From Candidatus Curtissbacteria bacterium RIFCSPLOWO2_02_41_11 (GTDB taxonomy: Bacteria; Patescibacteriota; Microgenomatia; Curtissbacterales; GWA2-41-24): 64,000 bases of DNA. The position numbers and the translations under genes were made by a program. Positions 27,046 to 36,417 of the stretch are shown here, in pieces. How positions within the stretch are numbered: the first letter of the stretch is position 1; every line of letters begins with the position of its first letter. The DNA is taken from positions 4,487 through 68,486 of the forward strand of contig MFBU01000015.1 of the NCBI GenBank assembly GCA_001775055.1, given 5' to 3'. Below the pieces are notes generated by a model. The model saw only the letters and a list, made by a program, of their open reading frames with translations. It was not told where the DNA came from and ran no database searches.

Positions 27046-28410
27046 TTACTTTAAATTTTTAACCTCTTTTATAAATTGCATTCCCCGATCCTGATAATTT
27101 TTAAACATATCAAATGACGCACAGGCTGGCGATAGAATAACCACATCACCGGACTTTGCCTCTTGGTATGCACGACTTATGATTTGATGCATATTGTTAG
27201 CTCCTTCTATTATTTTAGCGTCAGTACCTCCTGATTTGGCGATTGCTTTTTTGATTCTTGTTGCTTCCTGACCGACAAGGATGATTGCTTTAATACTTTT
27301 ATTCTGATTAATTTCTTGGGCAAGCAGACTAAAATCGGAGTTTTTTGATGAACCGCCAAGTATTAAGATCTTTGGCTGGCGAAATGCCTCAATGGCAGCC
27401 ACAGTTGTTTCCGGAATCGTTGAAAAGGAATCGTTATAAAACTTGATATTTTTAAATTCTCTAACCAATTGTAACCTGTGAACTAAGCCCTTAAAAGTTT
27501 TAAGTACTAAGGTGATGTTTTTTGTTTTGATGTTATAGATCTTGGCGCAAGCTACGGCAGCCAAAACATTTTGTAAATTGTGGGCTCCTGGCAGAAGTAT
27601 CTGTGAAGTTTTACAGATTTCTTCACTTTTGCCGATTTCGGATAGGATTGAATCACTTTCCAGATAAACGCCATTAGTTTTTTGCTTTGTTGAAATAAAA
27701 TAGACCTTGGCCTTGGTCCTTTGGGCAAAATTCCCTGAAACTTCAAAATCTTGATTAATAATGGCAAAATCATTTTCGTTTTGAAATGAAACAATTGATT
27801 CCTTCGCGCGCCGATATTCAGGTGTATCTTGATGCCAATCAAGATGTTCTGAGGTAATCATCAGAATAACGGCTATATGGGGACTTTTTTTAAGATCAAT
27901 AAGCTGAAAACTGGATAGCTCCAGAATAACAATACTTTGCCTGTCAACTTTTGGCAGGATTTCAAGGGCAGGCGTGCCGATATTGCCGGCTAAAAAAACA
28001 TTATTAATTTGGCTTTTGAGCATTTCATAAATTAGAGTTACCGTTGTGCCCTTACCTTTGGTGCCGGTTACGCCAATAATTTCGCTTTGGCAAAGATCAA
28101 AAAATATTTTTGTCGGAGATGTTAATTGCGCCCCATTTTTTTTAAGATTCAATATTGTATTATCATCCGGTCGGACTCCTGGAGAACGAACTATGTAATC
28201 GACTTTTAGGCCACTAGGCACGTTTTGAATTTGAAAGAATTCAAAACGTTTGATGTTTAAAGATTTAAAAAAAACATTATCTATTGCCTCCTTTGATTTT
28301 TGATCAATGATTATGATTTGATTTTCTGAGCCTAAAAAGTTGGCAGCCGAAACACCTTCTTTCCCAAAACCTATGATTGCTATCTTTTTATCCTTAATGG
28401 TTTTCATCAA
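27046..28410 (-). CDS. murD: UDP-MurNAc-L-Ala:D-Glu ligase
   Basis: GVTGTKGKGTT, ELSSFQL, HRLQ, NDS, LSPACASFDMF. Confidence 0.96.
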   Translation of the reverse strand: MMKTIKDKKIAIIGFGKEGVSAANFLGSENQIIIIDQKSKEAIDNVFFKSLNIKRFEFFQIQNVPSGLKVDYIVRSPGVRPDDNTILNLKKNGAQLTSPTKIFFDLCQSEIIGVTGTKGKGTTVTLIYEMLKSQINNVFLAGNIGTPALEILPKVDRQSIVILELSSFQLIDLKKSPHIAVILMITSEHLDWHQDTPEYRRAKESIVSFQNENDFAIINQDFEVSGNFAQRTKAKVYFISTKQKTNGVYLESDSILSEIGKSEEICKTSQILLPGAHNLQNVLAAVACAKIYNIKTKNITLVLKTFKGLVHRLQLVREFKNIKFYNDSFSTIPETTVAAIEAFRQPKILILGGSSKNSDFSLLAQEINQNKSIKAIILVGQEATRIKKAIAKSGGTDAKIIEGANNMHQIISRAYQEAKSGDVVILSPACASFDMFKNYQDRGMQFIKEVKNLK

Positions 28411-28459
28411 ACGTAAACTCTTTAATTATTTAAATCATTAAAGTATGGATACTATAAAG

Positions 28460-29245
28460 TCAGACGACGACATGATTGGCTATTACCTTATATTTTAGAA
28501 AATTAGAAACCCTTTTGGCGAAAATTTTTGGATCTTTCGTTGTGTAAAAAATATCATTTAATCTTTCTTGTGAAAGTTGATCACTTCTGGTGAGTATCTC
28601 TTTAATACGTTTGGCTATTGCCTTGCCGGAATCAATAAGTACGATTTCCGAGGGGAGTTTTTTTGCGATTAAATTTTTTATAAGAGGATAATGGGTGCAA
28701 CCAAGAACAACAGTTTTAGCTTTGAATCTTTTTATTTTTTCTGTGTAGATTCCCAAAAGCTTATCGATTTCTTTATTGTTAGAAGCCTCAATTGCCGCCT
28801 CTAACCCTGGGCAATCAAGTTTCAAAACATTTTTGGGATTTGCGAATTCTTGAATTAGGCGATCAAGATAACTGCTTTCAGCGGTTGCTACAGTTGACAT
28901 AATTGCTACACGAATATTCTTGGATTTTTCAAATGCGGGTTTGACGGCGGGAACAACACCGATAGTTGCAATTTTAATTTTTTTTCTCAAAAATTCTAGT
29001 GCGGCAACAGAGGCCGTGTTGCAAGCAACAATTAATAATTTAATATTGTGCTTTCCTTGAAGAAACTTGCAAGCGTCGAGGGTATATTTCTTGATTTGAA
29101 AATTGGTTTTTTGCCCGAATGGATGATGAGCATAATCTGCAAAAATTATGAAATTTTCTTTGGGAAGGATTTTTTTTGTTTCTTTTAAAATAGAAAGTTG
29201 TCCGACACCAGAATCAAAAATTCCAATAGGACTATTATCGGCCAT
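28460..29245 (-). CDS. murI: Glutamate racemase
   Basis: IGIFDSGVG, VACNTAS, LGCTHYP; start moved to ATG 29245. Confidence 0.95.
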   Translation of the reverse strand: MADNSPIGIFDSGVGQLSILKETKKILPKENFIIFADYAHHPFGQKTNFQIKKYTLDACKFLQGKHNIKLLIVACNTASVAALEFLRKKIKIATIGVVPAVKPAFEKSKNIRVAIMSTVATAESSYLDRLIQEFANPKNVLKLDCPGLEAAIEASNNKEIDKLLGIYTEKIKRFKAKTVVLGCTHYPLIKNLIAKKLPSEIVLIDSGKAIAKRIKEILTRSDQLSQERLNDIFYTTKDPKIFAKRVSNFLKYKVIANHVVV

Positions 29246-29249
29246 TTCT

Positions 29250-30281
29250 CTAGAAAAATGAAAGCCAAAGGCCCAATACGGCAAGCATAACCTGGGCAAG
29301 CCAGAATCTAGAAACAATTTTTGCTTCCGGCCAACCCTTAAGTTGCAACCACAGATGAACCGGAGCTACTTCAAAAATTTTTCTGCCTCTGAGCTTTTTT
29401 GACAAAAGTTGCAGTAGTGATGAGGAAATCTCTACAACGAACATTCCCCCAATAATCGCCAAGGCTATTGGTTTACCTAAAAGTAAGCCAGACACGGCCA
29501 GCGTTGCTCCGAAGGACAAAGCTCCGACATCTCCAAGCCAAATTCTGGCTGGCCAAATATTAAAGTAGCAAAAAGCAATTAAGGCGCCGATCCATAAACC
29601 AATAAAAGTTGATAATGTCGTATCTAAAATAGAGCTAGACATAATCAGAAACGCCACTAGACAAATGACCAAAAGTCCGGATGCTAAGCCGTCAAGCCCA
29701 TCGGAAACATTAACCGCATTGGCAAAGGCTACAATCACAAACGCAGCAAATGGGATATAAAAATATCCAAGATTTACAACGTCAAAAAATCGCACATTAA
29801 CTATGTCTATACCCAACTGCCAAAAAAGCATAGCTGCGATAAGTGTGGCTAAAATCCACTGGGCTAAAAATTTATAGCGAAATCTCAAACCCCAGAATTT
29901 GGTTTTTTTAAAACCAAAAGTTTTGCGAAGATCATCATAAGCTCCCAAAAGACCAAAAGATAAAAATGTAAAAATTAAAATCTGGACCTCTTTTTTGTAG
30001 GGATAAATGGCTGTTCGTTCTATTCCAAGAGTAGGTATTAAATTTATTGCCAGAAGGTACAAAATCGTCACGACGAAAATAATCAAAGCACCGCCGCCAA
30101 CCGGCGTACCTATTTTATGAGCATGAAGCTTGTCGAAAATCGGTGTCCTGACTTCAAAAATATCGCGAGTTTTTTGTTTTTGGCGCTGAAATTTAATTTT
30201 ATAGAGAATATTGATAAAAGGGACTAAAAGGACGCTAATTACAAAAAAAGAAAGAAGGACTAGACCTAAGATTTGAACCAT
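29250..30281 (-). CDS. mraY: Phospho-MurNAc-pentapeptide translocase
   Basis: KIGTPVGGG, YDD, NAVNVSDGLDGLA, GDVGAL, APVH. Confidence 0.95.
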   Translation of the reverse strand: MVQILGLVLLSFFVISVLLVPFINILYKIKFQRQKQKTRDIFEVRTPIFDKLHAHKIGTPVGGGALIIFVVTILYLLAINLIPTLGIERTAIYPYKKEVQILIFTFLSFGLLGAYDDLRKTFGFKKTKFWGLRFRYKFLAQWILATLIAAMLFWQLGIDIVNVRFFDVVNLGYFYIPFAAFVIVAFANAVNVSDGLDGLASGLLVICLVAFLIMSSSILDTTLSTFIGLWIGALIAFCYFNIWPARIWLGDVGALSFGATLAVSGLLLGKPIALAIIGGMFVVEISSSLLQLLSKKLRGRKIFEVAPVHLWLQLKGWPEAKIVSRFWLAQVMLAVLGLWLSFF

Positions 30282-30290
30282 ATATTTTAA

Positions 30291-30355
30291 AGAGTACCAC
30301 AGCTTTTTTTTCTTTAGCCTTTGGTACTCATGGTACTATTGGTACACTTGATACT
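30291..30355. repeat. 9-bp degenerate repeat tract, intergenic murF-mraY
   Basis: AGAGTACCAC...TTGGTACTC ATGGTACTA TTGGTACAC TTGATACTC. Confidence 0.7.
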
Positions 30356-30369
30356 CCTTTTATTCTACC

Positions 30370-31572
30370 CTATTTCAGCTCGCCACAGTGATGACAGTTG
30401 ATTTTTGTTGATTTATGAAGAAGTCCATAGACAATTCTCTCCAAATGGGCATGCCGAGAACCTTTTACAAGAACTAAACTTTTGTGGGTCACTACCTTTT
30501 TGATTTCTTTAATGGCCTCGTTAGTCGTGACGACGTTAATTATTTTGCCACCAAACTTGTGCTTTCTGGCGCTTTTAGCAATTATCTGGGCCACTTTACC
30601 AACGGTGAATAGGTACTTAATTTTTGACTTGGCGACTTTGGCGCCTAATGATTGGTGTTGGCTTTTGGATAATGATCCTAAATCTTTCATTTCGCCAAAG
30701 ACAGCAACTTTTGGTCTTCGTTTGCCTAAGGCTAAAAGCGTGTTTATGGCTTCAATTGCTGCTTTTAGCGAAGCATTATAGGAATCATCAATGATACTGA
30801 TATTTTTGGTGACGATTAAGTTTAGGCGATGTTGGGGCGGTTTTGTTTGCGACAAACCCTTGGCAATTTGTTTGAGGGTTAAACCACAAATAATACCGCA
30901 AGTAGCGGCGGCATAGGCGGAAGTCAATTGATGCCTGCCAACAACTTTGGTAGAGACAGAAGCTTTTTGTCCATTGAAATGTAAACGGAATTTTGACCCT
31001 TTGAGATTTTGAGAATAATGGGAAATTTTAACCCCATCCTTAGCCTTTTGACCAAACCACCAAATGTGTGCTTTAGTCTTTGCTGCCATCTTATGGCAAT
31101 AGGTGTCGTCGATATTAAGAACTGCATGACCAGTTTTGGGCAAAGACTCAATAAGCTTTACCTTTTCCCGGAATACCCCGTTAACATCACCAAGGTATTT
31201 GGTGTGAGTGGGAGCAATCGCCGTCACGACTGCGATCTTTGGCTTAACCAACGATAAGTAATAATCCATATCGTGCGGATGCTCGACTCCATATTCCAAA
31301 ATCATTTTTTGATGCCAAGGCTTGGTAGCAAGGATTGTTTTGGGAATACGAAAGGTTGGATCAAGATTTTCGTCGCCAACAGCGACTTTATACTTTTGAG
31401 ACAGAACAGAGGCAATAGCGTTTTGAGTCAAGGTCTTGCCAACAGAGCCGGTAATACCGATAATTTCGATTTGAGGTAGTAACTTTAAATAATTCTTGGC
31501 CAAAATCGTTCTTGATAGGTGAAGTGGTTTTTTCCAACTTTTAACTTCGCGATAAACGTTTAAATTTAACAT
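30370..31572 (-). CDS. murF: UDP-MurNAc-tripeptide:D-Ala-D-Ala ligase (N-terminally short)
   Basis: GITGSVGKT, DDSYNAS, FGEMKDLG, LVKGSR. Confidence 0.9.
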   Translation of the reverse strand: MLNLNVYREVKSWKKPLHLSRTILAKNYLKLLPQIEIIGITGSVGKTLTQNAIASVLSQKYKVAVGDENLDPTFRIPKTILATKPWHQKMILEYGVEHPHDMDYYLSLVKPKIAVVTAIAPTHTKYLGDVNGVFREKVKLIESLPKTGHAVLNIDDTYCHKMAAKTKAHIWWFGQKAKDGVKISHYSQNLKGSKFRLHFNGQKASVSTKVVGRHQLTSAYAAATCGIICGLTLKQIAKGLSQTKPPQHRLNLIVTKNISIIDDSYNASLKAAIEAINTLLALGKRRPKVAVFGEMKDLGSLSKSQHQSLGAKVAKSKIKYLFTVGKVAQIIAKSARKHKFGGKIINVVTTNEAIKEIKKVVTHKSLVLVKGSRHAHLERIVYGLLHKSTKINCHHCGELK

Positions 31573-31609
31573 GGAGTTTGTATTATAATTTCGAGCTGTG
31601 CGAGGAATT

Positions 31610-31677
31610 ATATATCAGAGGAGCGCCATTGACATGAAGAACCGAAGGTTCTGTGCCAAGGCGACCTGCTGATATAT
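31610..31677. repeat. Long hairpin element (ATATCAG...CTGATAT family)
   Basis: ATATATCAGAGGAGCGCC...AGAACC-GAA-GGTTCT...GGCGACCTGCTGATATAT; an inverted relative lies at 50371-50414. Confidence 0.7.
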
Positions 31678-31735
31678 CTCGCTTGCTATTAACAAATCAT
31701 ACTATGGGGTAAAGCAAATAGTCAAATTCAACTCC

Positions 31736-31767
31736 ATCACATTTTCTGATATGTCAGAAATTGTGAT
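31736..31767. repeat. 32-bp imperfect palindrome, copy 3 (solo)
   Basis: ATCACATTTTCTGATA|TGTCAGAAATTGTGAT. Confidence 0.85.
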
Positions 31768-31809
31768 GTTTTTGAACCTATTTTTATTTTTCTAGAGAAT
31801 ATATGAAAC

Positions 31810-32946
31810 CTAAATCACTTCTCTTTTGAGGAAAGTCTCCGATAAATGAACTAAGAGTTCATAAGGAATTCTATCAACGATTCCGGAAGCATTGGCGATT
31901 GAGTTAGGATGGATGGGATTGTCAGAAAAAATGATTGCCTCTTGGCCAACCTGTGGATTTTTGATGGAAGATAAATCAACAGTTGTAATATTCATACTAA
32001 CATTACCAACGATTTGACACGGCTTGCCAGTAATTATCACAAATCCTTTGTTGGACAGATTTCGGTCAACACCATCATTGTAACCAATCGGGAGAACTCC
32101 TATTAACATTTCCCGATCGCAGATAAACGTCCCCGTATAACCGATTTTATCTCCCTTTTCAAGTCTTTTAATCTGAACTATTTTTGAAGTAACTTTTAAC
32201 ACTGGTTTGAGCTCTTGATGTTTACCAGTTAAATCGATACCATAAAGACCCAAACCAACTCTGGCCATATTGGAAATTTTAGAGATCTTAACTGCATCTT
32301 TGGCTAGTATTCCACCAGATGCCGCAAGGTGCAACCATTTCGGCTTAAAGCCAGCCTCTTTCAAGAGAGTATTAGCTTTTTGGAAATTGATAAGTTGCTT
32401 CTTTGAAAGTTCTTCTTTTAAGCTTTCCTGGTAGGCAATGTGGCTCATAAGTCCTGATACTTTGATATTTTTATAATCCCTTAGCTTTTCGATAAACCCT
32501 GGTAAATCTTGCATCATCACACCCAGACGATGCATACCGGTGTCAACCTTAATATGGATTTCGCAGCCTTTTTGATATCTATTAACTACTTCTAGTTGCT
32601 CGCTGTTAAAAACAGCGTAAGAAAAAGGTAGTTTTTTAACCCTAAGACTGGTAGGGTGAATATAACCCATGATCAGAATAGGACTCTTAATTTGTGCTTT
32701 TAAAAGCAAATATGCTTCATAAAGACTATCCACGCAAAACATCGGAGGACTTTGACTCTCAAGGAGTTTTGCAACTTGAACGATTCCATGACCATAGGCG
32801 TTACTTTTTAAAACAGGAGCAATTGCTAGGTTTTTTTGAAGTTTTGCCAAATATTGATAGTTTTGAATTAACCTTTTTTGAGCTATTAAAACTTTATTGA
32901 GAGGGATATACTCTTTGCCTAAAATTTTCCTGATTAACTTTATCAT
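31810..32946 (-). CDS. alr: Alanine racemase
   Basis: VLKSNAYGHG, HIKVDTGMHRLG, GYNDG, VSMN, IPYE. Confidence 0.96.
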   Translation of the reverse strand: MIKLIRKILGKEYIPLNKVLIAQKRLIQNYQYLAKLQKNLAIAPVLKSNAYGHGIVQVAKLLESQSPPMFCVDSLYEAYLLLKAQIKSPILIMGYIHPTSLRVKKLPFSYAVFNSEQLEVVNRYQKGCEIHIKVDTGMHRLGVMMQDLPGFIEKLRDYKNIKVSGLMSHIAYQESLKEELSKKQLINFQKANTLLKEAGFKPKWLHLAASGGILAKDAVKISKISNMARVGLGLYGIDLTGKHQELKPVLKVTSKIVQIKRLEKGDKIGYTGTFICDREMLIGVLPIGYNDGVDRNLSNKGFVIITGKPCQIVGNVSMNITTVDLSSIKNPQVGQEAIIFSDNPIHPNSIANASGIVDRIPYELLVHLSETFLKREVI

Positions 32947-33893
32947 TTTTGGAGGGCAAACATAACAATTTTATCCAATAACTTAGAGTAGGAAATTCCG
33001 ATTGAGGCGGCGGATTTAGGAAAAAGGGAAACTGGGGTTAGACCGGGAATAGTGTTAACCTCCAAAACATAGACATCATTATCTTTGGTAATCATGTCGA
33101 CCCTAGCAAAACCCCGGCAGCCAAGGGTTTGGTAGGCTAAAAGAGCTGTGTTTTGGGCTTTTTTGGTTAAGGACTTTCCGATTCTGGCCGGCACAATTTC
33201 ATCGCAGAGTTTCTCATCGTATTTAGCTTCGTAATCGAAATATTCTTTTTTAGGAACAATTTCGATCAAAGGCAGGGCTTGAGGACGATCATTGCCTAAG
33301 ATCGGACAAGTGATTTCAATACCGTCAATAAATTCCTCGACTAAAGTTAAGGGACTAAAACTAAAGGCTAAGTTTAAGGCTTTTTTCAAATGCTTCTTTT
33401 TGCTAACCTTGGTTGTGCCAACTGAAGATCCTTGATTGTGGGGTTTAACAAAAACGGGTGGTTTAAATTTATGCCAAATCGGTTTTAGTTGATCGTTCTT
33501 CTTTACAATAAGATGATTGGGTACTTTTAGACCTGCATGAGTAAATAATTTCCTTGAGGAAATTTTGTCCATACCTAAGGCTGAAGCTAAAACTTTCGAG
33601 CCGGTGTAAGGAACACAAATCAATTCCAAAAAACCTTGGATAGCCCCATCTTCTCCGTATGGACCATGCATGGCGATAAAAAACAATTGACAATTGACAA
33701 TTGACAATTGACTAAGAGGATATTTTTTATTATTTAACTGGAAAGAGATGCCGTCGTTGGAAATAATAATTGGTAAAACTTCATATTTATTGGGATCGAG
33801 ATTTTTAGCCACTTCCCTACCAGAAGCCAAAGATATTTCATGTTCGGCGGATTTACCACCCATAAGAACTGCCACTCTGATTTTTTTCTTCAT
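32943..33893 (-). CDS. ddl: D-alanine--D-alanine ligase
   Basis: GGKSAEHEISL.SG, HGPYGEDG, GSSVG, DYEAKY, EVNTIPG. Confidence 0.97.
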   Translation of the reverse strand: MKKKIRVAVLMGGKSAEHEISLASGREVAKNLDPNKYEVLPIIISNDGISFQLNNKKYPLSQLSIVNCQLFFIAMHGPYGEDGAIQGFLELICVPYTGSKVLASALGMDKISSRKLFTHAGLKVPNHLIVKKNDQLKPIWHKFKPPVFVKPHNQGSSVGTTKVSKKKHLKKALNLAFSFSPLTLVEEFIDGIEITCPILGNDRPQALPLIEIVPKKEYFDYEAKYDEKLCDEIVPARIGKSLTKKAQNTALLAYQTLGCRGFARVDMITKDNDVYVLEVNTIPGLTPVSLFPKSAASIGISYSKLLDKIVMFALQK

Positions 33894-34999
33894 GAAACAA
33901 TTTTTTCCCAGCTAAATCCTTCTCTGCCGAAATGACCGTAGGAGGCAGTTTTTTGATAAATAGGTTTGCGAAGATCAAGACTTTTAATGATTCCCTCAAC
34001 TGAAAGTTCCAAAAGGCTCCAAGCAAAATTTTCTATTTTTGCCGGTGAAACATTATCTGTCCCAAAGGTTTCAATCGCTTGTGCCACAGGACAGGGTTTA
34101 CCGATAACAAATGCCAGTTGAACTTCACATCTGTCGGCTAATTTCTTAGCCACAATATTTTTGGCAATAAACCGGGCTGCATAAGCTGCCGACCTGTCAA
34201 CCTTGGTCGGGTCTTTGCCGGAAAAACAGCCTCCCCCGACTCTGGCCATCGAGCCATAAGTGTCAACAGCTACCTTTCTGCCAGTTACTCCAGTATCGGA
34301 AGCCGGACCGCCAATTGCCCACTTGCCAGTACCATTACAGATAGTATTCTGGTAAGCAATTGTGAAACCATATTTTTTAAGAGCTGGTCTGATAACTACT
34401 TCATAAATATCCCGAGAAACCTGATTTTCTGATACAGCCGGATCATGAGGAACAGCTACAATAACCTTAACTACCTTTTTGGGAAGACCATTTTGATACT
34501 CAACGGTGACTTCAGACTTACCATCAGGCCTTAGATAGGAAAGCCTTTTGCTTTCTCTGGCCTTGTCGATTTTTTTAACAATTTCATGGGCAAGGGTTAT
34601 TGGCATGGGCATAAGCTCGGGAGTCTCACGACAGGCATAACCAAACATCATCCCTTGGTCTCCAGCGCCACCTGTCTCTACTCCTTGGGCAATATCTGGT
34701 GATTGCTCATGGATAAATGTCATAACATCGATACTTCGCCAGTCAAAATGGTAAATTTTTTGATCATAACCAAGGCGTTGCACTACTTCTCTGGCTACTT
34801 TTTCAAAATTGACTTTAGCAGTAGTTTTTACTTCACCGGCCAGAACCAATTTGTTGGTAGTCACCAAAGTTTCTACAGCCACTCGACTGGTGGAATCTTG
34901 ACGAATACACTCATCCAAAATTGCATCGGAGATTTGGTCGCAAATTTTATCAGGATGGCTTGCGGAAACAGACTCCGAAGTAAAAAGTTTATAGGCCAT
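33890..34999 (-). CDS. metK: S-adenosylmethionine synthetase
   Basis: FTSESVS..HPDK, GAGDQG, GGGCFSGKDPTKVDRS, YGHFGR. Confidence 0.98.
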   Translation of the reverse strand: MAYKLFTSESVSASHPDKICDQISDAILDECIRQDSTSRVAVETLVTTNKLVLAGEVKTTAKVNFEKVAREVVQRLGYDQKIYHFDWRSIDVMTFIHEQSPDIAQGVETGGAGDQGMMFGYACRETPELMPMPITLAHEIVKKIDKARESKRLSYLRPDGKSEVTVEYQNGLPKKVVKVIVAVPHDPAVSENQVSRDIYEVVIRPALKKYGFTIAYQNTICNGTGKWAIGGPASDTGVTGRKVAVDTYGSMARVGGGCFSGKDPTKVDRSAAYAARFIAKNIVAKKLADRCEVQLAFVIGKPCPVAQAIETFGTDNVSPAKIENFAWSLLELSVEGIIKSLDLRKPIYQKTASYGHFGREGFSWEKIVS

Positions 35000-35011
35000 T
35001 ACTTGGCATTT

Positions 35012-36268
35012 CTAACTGATTTTTTTAATTTTAGCGCCCAAAGTGGACAAACGCTCGACTATATTTTCATAACCTCTTTCAATAAGTTCTGCCTTATCGA
35101 TCTGGCTTTTACCGAAAGCTGCCAAAGCGGCAATGACTAAGGCAATACCAGCACGAATGTCGGGGGTGTCAAGCCTTTGACCGCGAAGTTTAGACGGTCC
35201 GTAGACTAAGACCCGGTGAGGATCGGCAATAACCACCTTGGCACCCATTGAAAGCAGCTTATCAACAAAAAACATTCGCGATTCGTACATCCAATCGTGA
35301 AGAATAGTAGCACCCTCTCCCTGAGTAGCCAAAACAATCATGGGCGCTATCAGATCTGTTGGAAATCCCGGCCAAACATCGGTAACTACCTTTTCTTGTG
35401 CCTTAAGTTTTGCATCAGAAACTATTAAACTTTCTTTCTCGACTTTGTAATTTACGCCAAATCGAGAAAGAGTCATCAAAATCATATCCAAATCTTCCTT
35501 AATAATCGGCGAAATTTCGATAGTACCCGTAGTAACCGCCGCCAGAATTGCAAAAGTACCCACCTCGATATGATCTGGTCTAATTTGGTGAGTGGTTCCA
35601 AATAGTTTGTTAACACCCATAATTTTTAAGACATTGGTGCCGACTCCAGAAATATCGGCGCCCATTTTGATTAGAAATTGGCAAAGATCAACAACATGCG
35701 GTTCTGAAGCTGCTCTTTTAATGATTGTTTCTCCATGCGCCATGCTGGCAGTGATTACGGCATTTTCGGTTGCAGTAACCGAAGCCTCCTGTAAAAATAT
35801 TTCCGCACCGTTAAGTTTGGCAACATTGGCCATAAAGTAGTTATTTTTCTCCTCTATTTTTGCACCAAGCGCTTCAATTGCTTGAATATGGGAATCAAGC
35901 GGTCTTCTGCCAATAATATCTCCGCCCGGGTAACCCATTTTAATTCTACCCACCCGAGAAAGCAGCGGCCCCAAAAGAAGAACCGAAGCTCGCAGTTTCT
36001 CAGTTAAAAGAGGAGGGAAATCAGCCGCTTTGACTGTTTGACAATTGATGGTCAATTTGGGGGTACCAACGCCTGAAACTTTGGCGCCGCAGATTTCAAG
36101 CAATTTGGCCATAATAGCCACATCAGAAATATTGGGAACATTTTCCAAAACACAAGTATCCTCTGTTAAAAGGCAAGCGGCCATTATCGGTAAAACCGAA
36201 TTTTTATTGCCGGCGACTTTTATTTGGCCAGAAAGTTTCGCCCCTCCAGTAATTTCTAATTTAGCCAC
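35012..36268 (-). CDS. murA: UDP-GlcNAc 1-carboxyvinyltransferase
   Basis: GNKNS, LRASV, PGGDIIGRRP, SVTATEN, PGFPTD, DIRAG, RGYE. Confidence 0.97.
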   Translation of the reverse strand: MAKLEITGGAKLSGQIKVAGNKNSVLPIMAACLLTEDTCVLENVPNISDVAIMAKLLEICGAKVSGVGTPKLTINCQTVKAADFPPLLTEKLRASVLLLGPLLSRVGRIKMGYPGGDIIGRRPLDSHIQAIEALGAKIEEKNNYFMANVAKLNGAEIFLQEASVTATENAVITASMAHGETIIKRAASEPHVVDLCQFLIKMGADISGVGTNVLKIMGVNKLFGTTHQIRPDHIEVGTFAILAAVTTGTIEISPIIKEDLDMILMTLSRFGVNYKVEKESLIVSDAKLKAQEKVVTDVWPGFPTDLIAPMIVLATQGEGATILHDWMYESRMFFVDKLLSMGAKVVIADPHRVLVYGPSKLRGQRLDTPDIRAGIALVIAALAAFGKSQIDKAELIERGYENIVERLSTLGAKIKKIS

Positions 36269-36285
36269 TTGATCTCCTTCGGAGG

Positions 36286-36417
36286 AAATTCGAATATCGA
36301 AACTTCAGTTACTTGTATTTGCATAATTAGTATGAATTCGCATATTAGCATCGATACCAATATACTAATGGATACTGATACGAATCGATTCTTGTTTCGA
36401 GCTTCGGATTTAGAATA
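36286..36417. repeat. Nested inverted low-complexity repeats, intergenic murB-murA
   Basis: AAATTCGAATATCGAAAC...GTTTCGAGCTTCGGATTT enclosing ATTAGTATG/ATTAGCATC...GATACCAAT/ATACTAAT units. Confidence 0.65.

Noticed and set aside
29246..29317. N-terminal extensions in the ORF track (murI, pepE, DUF5652, aspartyl protease, GT4 63297, purF)
   Set aside because: They overlap upstream genes or promoters; downstream starts fit family N-termini better.
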